DNA of 64,000 nucleotides from Laetmonice hystrix (lineage: Eukaryota), in assembly GCA_965235115.1 (NCBI GenBank), contig OZ249450.1, positions 15,686,001 to 15,750,000 of the forward strand, written 5' to 3'. The translations under genes were made by a program, and so were the position numbers. Numbering within the stretch: position 1 is the stretch's first letter; every line of letters begins with the position of its first letter. This document shows, in pieces, positions 11,085 to 22,400 of this stretch. The notes under the pieces were generated by a model. That model was not told the origin of the DNA and did no database searches. It saw only the letters and a list, made by a program, of their open reading frames with translations.

Positions 11085-12570
11085 GCGTCGAGTGAGAAAT
11101 CATCCAACCTCACGAGCTCGCACAAGCACTGCTCAGTGTGAGGTTGCGTTAGTCTGTGTGACAAGTCACTCAACCTCACCCAACCTCACGCAGTATGAGC
11201 TCGCACAAGCACTGCTCAGCGTGAGGTTGCGTTAGTCTGTGTGACAAGTCATTCAACCTCACCCAACCTCACGCAGTATGAGCTCACACAAGCACTGCTC
11301 AGCGTGAGGTTGCGTTACTCTGTGTGACAAGTCACTCAAGCTCACCCAACCTTACGCAGTATGAGCTCGCACAAGCACTGCTCAGCGTTACGTTGCGTTA
11401 CTCTGTGTGACAAGTCACTCAACCTCACCCAACCTCTCGCAGTATGAGCTCACACAAGCACTGCTCAGTGTGAGGTTGCGTTAGTCTGTGTGACAAGTCA
11501 TTCAACCTCACCCAACCTCACGCAGTATGAGCTCGCACAAGCACTGCTCAGCGTGAGGTTGCGTTAGTCTGTGTGACAAGTCACTCAACCTCACGCAGTA
11601 TGAGCTCGCACAAGCACTGCTCAGCGTGAGGTTGCGTTAGTCTGTGTGACAAGTCACTCAACCTCACCCAACCTCTCGCAGTATGACATGACTGAGCTCG
11701 CACAAGCACTGCTCAGCGTGAGGTTGCGTTACTCTGTGTGACAAGTCACTCAACCTCACCCAACCTCACGCAGTATGAGCTCGCACAAGCACTGCTCAGC
11801 GTGAGGTTGCGTTAGTCTGTGTGACAAGTCACTCAACCTCACCCAACCTCTCGCAGTATGACATGACTGAGCTCGCACAAGCACTGCTCAGCGTGAGGTT
11901 GCGTTACTCTGTGTGACAAGTCACTCAACCTCACCCAACCTCACGCAGTATGAGCTCGCACAAGTACTGCTCAGCGTGAGGTTGCGTTAGTCTGTGTGAC
12001 AAGTCACTCAACCTCACCCAACCTCACGCAGTATGAGCTCGCACAAGTACTGCTCAGCGTGAGGTTGCGTTAGTCTGTGTGACAAGTCACTCAACCTCAC
12101 CCAACCTCACGCAGTATGAGCTCGCACAAGTACTGCTCAGCGTGAGGTTGCGTTAGTCTGTGTGACAAGTCACTCAACCTCACCCAACCTCACGCAGTAT
12201 GAGCTCGCACAAGCACTGCTCAGCGTGAGGTTGCGTTAGTCTGTGTGACAAGTCACTCAACCTCACCCAACCTCACGCAGTATGAGCTCGCACAAGTATA
12301 CTGCTCAGCGTGAGGTTCCGTTACTCTGTGTGACAAGTCACTCAACCTCACCCAACCTCACGCAGTATGAGCTCGCACAAGCACTGCTCAGCGTGAGGTT
12401 GCGTTAGTCTGTGTGACAAGTCACTCAACCTCACCCAACCTCACGCAGTATGAGCTCGCACAAGTACTGCTCAGCGTGAGGTTGCGTTACTTTGTGTGAC
12501 AAGTCACTCAACCTCACCCAACCTCACGCAGTATGAGCTCGCACAAGCACTGATCATCGTGAGGTTGCGT
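11085..12570. repeat. Right subterminal array of the transposon, 83-bp unit, ~17-18 near-identical copies
   Basis: gagctc recurs at 11114, 11197, ...; each unit carries gtgaggttgcgt and caacctcac as an inverted pair. Confidence 0.93.
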
Positions 12571-13012
12571 GATGCCGCGTTATCTATCACGCAGATTCAC
12601 GCAACATCACGCAATGCGGCTCTGCGCAAAAGACACCTCAGCGTGAGATTGCGTGATGCTGCGTAATAGATAACGCAGCATCACGCAACCTCACACAGTG
12701 CGTCCTCGCGCAAAAAACCCTCACGCAGAGGTCACCCATCATTACACACTATCACGCCAATTTGCTGGGATTGTAGCCAGTTGGCTGAGCACAGGTCAAG
12801 TCAAAAACTGTGGCATTATAATGTCACCATGACCATGATTTGGCTGCTTGAATAAATGATGTTTCTGTTTCAAGTAAGAATTTCAAGATTAGTTTTAAAG
12901 AATGCCTATTTTTCAGTCTGTGTCTCCCCCTCTCCTTTACAACAATCCTGGTGCTGAAGATCCATTTGCACCTGGGAGTGAAAATAATCAGCAGCACAGC
13001 CACTGCCAGTTA

Positions 13013-13294
13013 CAGGGCCGGATCCAGGGGGCGTGGGGGGCGTATGCCCCTCTATTTTTGGCAGAGTAGGCCTAATGATTTTTTAGACTGGAATTTTACC
13101 AGTACTTTGCCCCCTGAAAAAAAGGAACAGTTCTTTTCTCAGATGCCGGAAAAAATGCATCTGACAAACATGAATTTTCAAATTTTTCGGGGGGAGTTCC
13201 CCGAGACCCCCCTGGGGCTTTGGGCCTTCGGTGCTCGCAATCTTCTCCAGGGGCTATGCCCCCCCCCTTTCTAAGAATCCTGGATCCGGCCCTG
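13013..13294. mobile_element. MITE with CAG...CTG ends and a 5-bp TSD (agtta)
   Basis: cagggccggatccagg ... cctggatccggccctg; agtta at 13008-13012 and 13295-13299. Confidence 0.8.
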
Positions 13295-13424
13295 AGTTAT
13301 CAAACTCAGCCAATGAACAGTAACTGTCTTGAGTGGTAATATCTCAAGAGATCCAACATTAATGTTTGGTGAGACAACCAATTTTGAACAGGTTCACAAG
13401 CAATTTTCCGGTGGTCACATTGTT

Positions 13425-13680
13425 GCAGTGTGCTGTTACATTGTTGCAGTGTGACAGGATGCTGTTGCAGTGTGACCAGGATGCTGTTGCAGTGTGACCA
13501 GGATGCTGTTGCAGTGTGACCAGGATGCTGTTACATTGTTGCAGTGTGACCAGGATGCCGTTACATTGTTGCAGTGTGACCATCCCGGATGCTGTTACAT
13601 TGTTGCAGTGTGACCAGGATGCCGTTACATTGTTGCAGTGTGACCATCCAGGATGCTGTTACATTGTTGCAGTGTGAGCA
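13425..13680. repeat. Minisatellite built on ttgcagtgtgaccaggatgctg(ttacattg), 21-34-bp variants, ~9 copies
   Basis: Read directly from the sequence. Confidence 0.8.
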
Positions 13681-15539
13681 CTTCCAGGTTGCTACATTGT
13701 AGCCTATTGCTGCAGTACTGGTATTGGGGTAGATGTCCATGCACTGCCTGCAGACTTCAGGGAATTTCTTTTTTTTGGCGGGGGGGGGGGGGGACCAACT
13801 CCTCCCTGGACTGACACTTTTGGAATGTAATGAATCAGAACTTTTCTAAAGGAGATTCTGGGTAAGGGTCTGATCATGAAGATAGGCCCCCATTTCAAAG
13901 TGCCAGTGTCCTAATGGTGAAGCTAGAGGAGAGTGAAGGTCCACACAGCTGTCATGCTCTTGTTCTTTTCTACTCCTTTATAGCGATGTTCACCAGGTGA
14001 TAGGCCTACATCCCAAGATTATTAATCATCCTCCAGGGCGGGGAGGGGGGGGGGTTGCACTAACGACCCCTGACACAAGCAATCAGGTTTGATCATGAGA
14101 GTCAAGACATGATAGGTACTACCTGACTTAGTAGGCCAACCCCCTGGCCAGAGCGCTATTGCAGCCTGAAATATTTGTGTCAACGGGGGACGGCTGGTGA
14201 ATGCCCCCCCCCCCCCCCAGCTATTAAAGTAAGCCCGAAAAAGTCCATTTTTTTCAGTAACACCGAGCTAGGCTATATAATTATAATGGTCTACTCTAAT
14301 TTTATGGTACACAGCACACACGGTTCCGTATTAGCCTACAACTATACCTACAACATGTGCAATTGTTTTGCTTCCAATTTATTACGAGTTTGCAGGTACA
14401 TGTGTACATCTAGATTGTTTAAGGATTACAGCTCCTTCAACAACCTCTTTCAATACGCTGAATAACAATGGGGCGTAGCAGACACTTGTATATCCAGGTA
14501 GGTGGAAATCAATTTTAATCTAATTACGGTGCCAGTTGCAAATGTACATACGTTAGCCTAGCCCTCGGCGGCAGGCCGAGTGGCGGCGGCTGCGCCCAGC
14601 TGCGTGTACCGCGATATAACTTTACGAATTATTGGCGGGGGACGTTTTGAGGCGTGGGCCGTTTTCGATGGCAATCAGCGCAAAAAACAACATTCAACAC
14701 ACTTTTAAAATCTTAATTACAATATGTGTATAATTAGTACTCACCCAAAATTCCCGGTGTTCTGCTCACGTTCCCAGGGCAGGTGGTCCTCGCTGTGGTG
14801 GTGACTGTGTCACTGGTGTCCATTTCACCTTCCCAACGTTTTCACACTCTCTGTCCTCTTTCACCGATAACTCAATCTTCTCGCGTCTTGTCAACTACCA
14901 TGGACACGATAAAACTGTTCCCGGAATGTCTACCGTTCATATAGCAATAAGTAGCACAGGTGTCCCTTAAAACTACGTGTGGAAAATAACTCCTTTTAAA
15001 CCCGGTATTATTCAGTCAACTGTTTGATTTAATGCCGGCGTGGTAGGGCTCCCACCTGTCGTTTTATGATGAAACTGTATGTAAAACTTTTATGTCGCCA
15101 TCTAGCGTTATTATCAGGAGGTCTCTTTTTAGAGTTTGAGTGGAGGCCTAGTCAAGAATGGTGTAGAGTTAACCAATATAATACTAGGCCTACAGAAAGT
15201 AGTAGGCCTACCCGAAAGAATGGTGGAGTGTACAAGTGCCTATCAAATAACAGACGTTCTTCAGTTTTTCACGTTCATTATTATTAGGCCTAATTCCAAT
15301 TTTGGATAGAAAAGAGAGCTAAGTTCTTATCATGCGTCCCCTTTACGCTTTGCCGCAAAAACAAAGAAAGTGATCCAGCCCTGTTGGTTCACAGACTTTG
15401 TCCACTTTCACCGATAACTCGAACTTCTCACGCAGGTATACTCACTTGGACACGATAAATAAGTTCTGGAATGAGGCGTCGCCTTGTTTTCTGTACCATC
15501 CCCTTGTTCACTGCCAGCTAGCGCTAGTTCATCTGTCCG

Positions 15540-15619
15540 CCGCTACGCTACTTGGCGCTGATGGTCACGAGCGACCATCAGCGCCAAGGCGCGTAGCGGC
15601 ACGTAGGGGAACCAGGCTA
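15540..15619. other. GC-rich hairpin element ending in aaccaggcta (copy 1 of 2)
   Basis: Perfect 16-bp stem cttggcgctgatggtc / gaccatcagcgccaag plus outer stem ccgctacgc / gcgtagcgg; related copy at 44881-45016. Confidence 0.6.
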
Positions 15620-16402
15620 ACTGTCGGGGCCGATCCGGGGGGGGGGGGGGGAATTAGGCGGCTAGATCGGGGGGGGGGGGGTGAATTAGGTGGCTGGCCA
15701 CCCCATCTGAACTGCTTTTTTCCTGCTCACTTCATTTAACAGACCCCCATTTTGTGTTTCAAAATTCACCAAATTGCACCTTAAATTTCACATTTTCCGG
15801 ACAGGGAAGGACTTCGCGCATTTGGCACTCGACCTGTCCAAGGCTCCTATCCACCCTCCCCCCCCACCCCATCCCCCCTTTGAAAAAATCCTACATCCGC
15901 ATTCCGATCCGTTTACAAATGGGTCTGGCCCAATGATGAATGACTCGACAATGAAAAATTATGTGCACGGAAATTTTAAAGTTGTAAAGGTTTATTCATG
16001 ACTTATTGGCTTAGATCCAAGCTATCCCCAGCTGCGCCTCTCTGTATAGTGTATACCCACGAGAAATATTACCTTTTTAAAGCCATTGGCACGAAAATAC
16101 CAGCGTGAAAATATCCCAATCGACAGTAGGCCTAATTAAAAATGTTAATAAAACAGGATCTCATGCTTATAAGCTTCTCTGGAAAGTAAACATCTCTCTC
16201 CTAGCTGACATTTGTTGATGAAAATACCGGCATCCTTGCATCCTGATCCGAACCGTAAACTATAGACTACCTGGGCGGTGGCAGTTGTCACACGACAGTG
16301 TTTCCGACAAAGGCAGAGTAGATTTCTATAAGCTAACTGATATACAACATATCTTTTTCACAGCATTGAAGGCAAGCCACAAAATAAATGTTCTTGCTAT
16401 TT

Positions 16403-19400
16403 TTACCCAGTTGCTGGGGCTCCGGCGCGGCACTGCTGTGCCCGGCAGTTGTGGTCGAGAACACAGCCAGCCGTCGTACGTCGGATCCAGTCCAGGTAGG
16501 TGAGGGTGTTGGTCATAACGGTGAAACGTTTCGGAGTCTCACAGTTAGTGTTATATGACACCACTCCGACCTGGATGAAGTGTCGGTCCCCGGACCTCTC
16601 CGTCATCACTGGACCGCCCACGTCACCGCGACACGCCTCGAACCCCCTACGGTGGACAATACTTCCCGAATTACTTCAACCACGCATGATCAACATTCAC
16701 AGGCTCTTCTTTAATTTGTCTGAGATTAAAGTTTTAAATATTTCCCAGTTTACAGTAATGAATCTTTCAAGAAAAAGCCTCCGAATTGTTGGGGGAAAAG
16801 TATTAAAAAAATATTAATTTGCGTCAATTTATCCTGAGTTGTAACAATTTGTTCTCATGTTAGGCTTCTCGATACCAAGCTTTCAGGAGTGATGCAATGT
16901 TTAGAAAGGTTGAGCCTAAAATGTTGAATATTTCTGTGTGCTGCTCAGCAAAAAAAAAATCCAGTCAACATAACGCGCACCACGCCTATAATGAGACTAG
17001 CAAACCACACCTCGCAGTCTCATCATATTCTTACATCCAAGTCTGAAGAATGTTCAATTTCCAGATTTGGTAGAAAAAGGTAAAAAAAAAAAAAAGTATT
17101 GGCACCTGACAAAAAGTATGAAAAAAGTATAAAAAGTAGTTTTGCACTTAGTATAATACTAAAAAAATAGACATAGCACTGGGCAGGGGGTGCGGACTGA
17201 CCTCTCTCCTATGCAGGACATGTTAGCGCTGTGCTCAGTGAGGTTACGCAGCAGGTTGGTACACCATTTCATGCGGTGGATCTTGGTCAGCTGCTGTTTG
17301 GGGACCTCGAAAGGCGGTAGTTGGGCGGACAGAAGGCTTCCAGCACCCCAGCCGGCTACGTACAGCTTCTTCTCATCATGGACACGCCACGGCGCACGTG
17401 TTATCACCTCCTGACCTGACAACCGACACAGTTTATGGCAGCGATATGACGTTACGGCATAGTGACTTTAGAATGTTCTACGTTTAACCTAAAAAAAACT
17501 TAAATAATTCAAATTATCTTTAAATAGAATATAGAGTAGGTCTCTTTCTACCCTACTTCTCCAAGCGTAACGATCCTGAACCAGGTCAGTTTCGATACGG
17601 ACTTGTCATTATTGTGTACAAACCAGTTATGAGTGTCACACTACTGAACACAGTGAATTCAACAGGAAAACAAGTTTATTTCCCAAAAAGGAAGTAGCCC
17701 TACTGTCATTCCTGGGCACGCATACAGTGCGGTAGTACTTGGCTAATTTGACTGGGTATTTCAGTCGAACCAAGGCGATGTCGTCTGTCAAATCATCCCG
17801 TAACTCGGTCTCATAGCGGTAGATTTCGCTAACAGCGATTGTCAGCACCCGCGGATTTTCTTCCGTCCAGTTATGAACTCCAACACGGACACGGAACTGT
17901 AATGAATTATACTTTAATTACACGGACTCGGAACTGTAATGATACTTTACATTTTAATTACACGGACTCGGAACTGTAATGATACTGTACACTTTAATTA
18001 CATGGAACCTGAATTGTAATGATATTTTACACTTTAATTATGGTATATCCCTCCACGCAAGGCGTTCAAAACTGGTCCCAGTATATATACGTGCCACAGC
18101 AGCGATGTTTTTTTTTTTTTTTTTTTTTTTTTTTGGGGGGGGGGGGGGGTTGTAGGGGAAGCAGTCCACCCACCTTGTCACCCGATAGTGCCTGAATCTG
18201 TCCATTGCCGGCGCGGGTCTTAAAGCACTGAGCGGCCGTGAGCACCCAACTCTGACAGATGAGGGTGCCAGCACACACCATCCTCTCAGGGCCGCCGTCA
18301 AACATCTGATAGATCTGTACCAACCATGGCCATGATCCCTGCAACAACAACACCAAAACACTGCACCAACCATGGCCATGATCCCTGCAACAACAACACC
18401 AAAACACTGCACCAACCATGGCCATGATCCCTGCAACAACAACACCAAAACACTGCACCAACCATGGCCATGATCCCTGCAACAACAACACCAAAACACT
18501 GCACCAACCATGGCCATGATCCCTGCAACAACACCAAAACACTACACCAACCATGGCCATGATCCCTGCAATTAACAACACCGCCAAAACACTGCACCAA
18601 CCATGGCCATGATCCCTGCAACAACAACACCAAAACACTGCACCAACCATGGCCATGGTCCCTGCAACAACACCACCAAAACACTGCACCAACCATGGCC
18701 ATGATCCCTGCAACAACACCGCCAAAACACTGCACCAACCATGGCCATGATCCCTGCAACAACACCGCCAAAACACTGCACCAACCATGGTCATGATCCC
18801 TGCAACAACACCACCAAAACACTGCACCAACCATGGCCATGATCCTTGAAACAACACCACCAAACACTGCACCAACCAAGGCCATGATCCCCGCAACAAC
18901 ATCACCAAAACACTGATTCTCACAACATGATGGCCAATTATATACTTACGTCCTTTGTGTCACCTTTGTTTCCAACCAGCTCAGTGTTGCCTGAAATTCC
19001 ACATTGTTCGTAATCTGCAAAACATTGGCAGAAAAAATATGTAAGCCGCACACACTTTCAAAACACTTCCACAACGCCCCATAAAGTAAGTTTGGCGACC
19101 TGTTGGACGTATGAAAACTGAAATATCTCAAAGACGTTATGGCTTTTCGAAACTAGGTTCTTTTCTGTGGACTTTATTGCAATATAATTTGATAGAAATG
19201 TACATGCTTGAAGAGGTATACATAATAAAAGAGTACCCATTCTTCTGTCGAGAACCAGGTCCCGGAGGTTGTTGAGTTGTCTGTAGTTCTCTAAGAGGTA
19301 GACGTGCTCCTGTATAGGCCTGGAGGCGAACTCTGACAGTTGGCGGCGGTCAACGTCCATCCCAACACCAATCGTGTAGATCTCGACATTTTTCAGCTCT

Positions 19401-22400
19401 TACCGATGGGAGGACAGACAGACATCAACAATATTACCAATGCAAAATTACAGTTGATTTGTATTTGGAAAAAAAAATATGCATCTGGGGAACCAATTAC
19501 TACGGAAGCCACCAACATTTCAGAGAGGCGGTATACGTTTGATGCTTTAGGAGGTGCACATATATTACAATAAATTCCAGCATTTTAGCTGTCATGACAA
19601 GGAAGCGACGATCTCTCGCTGACTGAAACCACTACATGTCCCCCAAGGCTCGGCATTTTTAACTTACTTCTCAAGGATTTTGCCACTGTCTCAGTGGCCC
19701 TTTCACTGCCGACATTTGAGCGTCCGTCTGACATAATAAACATGATCCTCTTTTGGTGGACGTAATTTCCCTTTATTTTGTCTAAGAGGATCATGCGATC
19801 CACAGCTTGAAGAGCCTGACGCAGATTGGTGCCTCCACCTGGTGGCTGGTGGAAAAATAGTAGTGCCTGTAGTACTGTAAACTAAACCCCTAAGAAAGTC
19901 AAGTTATATGGGAAACAATGATATAAAAAGTTAAAGATTCTCTATTCATAGTTTAATATTATAATAACATCACAGAAGAATATAATAATATCCCATCTGA
20001 TTTCTAAATGGGACTTGATGTGCTCTTCCTAGAACCAAGCTACCTGTAGGTCTCCTGGTGTGACAAAAAGATTCTGGGCTTACCTCCAGCACCGACAGCC
20101 TTTGTCTCACTTCCTCAGTCGTACCACAGGAACCCAGTTCTATGGCAATGTTTGTCTCGGAGCCGAAGGCTATCGCTGCCACACGGGTTGTTCCTGGTGA
20201 AAACCATTCTTATAATATCAAAACTCACTCTCTCTGTCTGAAACACCGGACTTTATTGTGATAGTATCTATGTGACGTTTATGGGGTCTAACGGGGATTC
20301 AAGTGGTTCCCAACTCGAAACTCACGTAAGTTCAAATAAAAAGGCATTAAATTGAAGGGTTTAACGTAGAATTATTCTTGCTCAGATGTCGTCAGTAAGT
20401 TCCTTTCACTGACACTAAAGTCTCAGTTTAAAACTTCCATATCTATGAATGAAACCTATCTATGAATGAAAGCTATCTGTGAATGAAACCTATCTGTGAA
20501 TGAAACCTATCTATGAATGAAAGCTATCTGTGAATGAAACCTATCTATGAATGAAACGTACCTGTGAATGAAACCTATCTATGAATGAAACATATCTATG
20601 AATGAAACCTATCTATGAATGCCAGAGAGATCTATGTTTACCTGTCGTATTGGAGACACCAAGTTCAGTGAGAAGGATGTCGGTAAAGTTCACACCACGT
20701 TTGAAGTTATGCGACCCGACACTGGATGAGCCGTCAAACAGGAGGAAGAGGTCGATGCCGTTGGGTTGGATCAGCGAGAACCGAGCTGATACATGGACGG
20801 CACATGTTTACATGGACGGCACACAATACAGGTTCACATGGACGGCACACAATATGGTTCACATGGACGGCACACAATACAGGTTCACATGGACGGCACA
20901 CAATACAGGTTTATATGGACGGCACATGTTCACATGGACGGCACACAATACATGTTCACATGGATGGCAGGCACACAATACATGTTCACATGGATGGCAG
21001 GCACACAATACAGGTTTACTTTGACGGCACACAATACAGGTCCATTTCTATAGGTAAACATTGATTTATGTAGTCTAAGGCCTTATCTAACACATGTCTG
21101 CATTTTGGAGTCATTGAAATGAGAGATACTCAGTGATTGCTTTAAACATAAAAAAATAATACATCGACCCGCTATTGATTAGCTAGAAATATATTTAAGC
21201 CAATCATTTCAAAGTATAACTGCCCTGTCTTTATCTGTTTGCCTAGTTTTATGCCACCACACAAATCACTATCTACGGTTGTATCGAGCTGATGTGCCAC
21301 AACTGAAACCTTTTATCAAGGCCCCGCCAGGTAATGATTATGTCCCGCCAGGAAGACTAACTTACCAACTGACAAATGCTGCTTGCCGGAGGCCGAGTTC
21401 CTCGACATTTCCTCCACCATTTCCCGAAATTTAAGGGCCATGTTTCCGAGAGATTCTGGTTCTGTAGATAAGAGAAGTTACAAGGTGTATGATCTGTGAG
21501 AGCAAAATTGTACATATCGATATAAGAGTGGATCAAAAACTGTTGGAGTTTTCCAGTTTTTGTTCATGTTCACAAAGATGGCTGAGAATAGAAGAGATGG
21601 AGGCATAGATTTATTTGATTGGCTCCTGCAGTTCTTACCTTTACATATAGGCGAGTAGGAGGGACTCCAGTTTAAGGTTCGGGTACACTCTCGGCGACTG
21701 GGGCCAACCAATCGGTAACCTGTCTTACACACATAGTGTATGGCGTTACCACGATAGAAACGATCCCCGCTTATTTCACCGTACTTCACGGGGGTCGGGT
21801 CCGGGCACCGGGGCTCTAAAAATGATTGGAGTATACGAGCATTACGATCACAGAAACTGCAGAGAACGGACAAATTCTCATGTAGTAAATGAATTCAGCT
21901 GACCGACGATTTGATCGGGAATAGTCTTCCTGGACAAAACCGTAGTTTGCGTTTAAATACGCATTTGCTATGCGGAATTGCACCTCATAAATAAGTATAA
22001 TGGCGCATTCTCTGTACTTTCTTTTGGACATTAGAGGTAGAGTAAAACGAAACAATCAGAAGGCTTGATGGCCCAATGATTGGCGCTATATATATATACG
22101 CGGTGGTCTTTACTCCACCTCGCTTGCTGACTCTGAGAATCACTTGCGACGGCCATGCGATCTTTGATTTAATGGTGGAATTTCATGCTGAGATTTTTCC
22201 TGGCTGGCTTTCCGGTTCCATCTTTTAATCTCAAAATAACAGGAAAATAAAAGGGTGATGTCAAAATCGCATGGGCGTCGCAAGGAGAATCGGCTTAGTG
22301 GATAATGCCCTTAATCCAATCAACTTATACGATAAACCGGGTTGACATGAGACGGTATAGGTACGTACTGGGCCTGCAGTAGGGTAGCCGAGGCCACCTT

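Larger units (their letters stand above)
1277..12769 (-). mobile_element. Complete CMC/EnSpm (CACTA-type) DNA transposon, 11,493 bp, two genes
   Basis: Perfect 19-bp TIR cccagcaaattggcgtgat (1277-1295) / atcacgccaatttgctggg (12751-12769); AT on both flanks (1275-1276, 12770-12771) = 2-bp TSD; CCCAG fits the CMCWR terminus of CMC elements; subterminal arrays at both ends; intact transposase ORF. Confidence 0.93.

Noticed and set aside
11085-12570. CRISPR-like appearance of the regular 83-bp array
   Set aside because: The units are wholly repeated with no unique spacers, there are no cas genes, the context is eukaryotic, and the array is explained as a transposon subterminal repeat.
820-14823. 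Host gene interrupted by the transposon (exon-like pieces at 14823-14745, 14167-14125, ~14015-13930, ~12980, ~1130-1046, ~900-810, minus strand)
   Set aside because: Splice-like signals exist, but I could not assemble a phase-consistent ORF or recognise a protein family.
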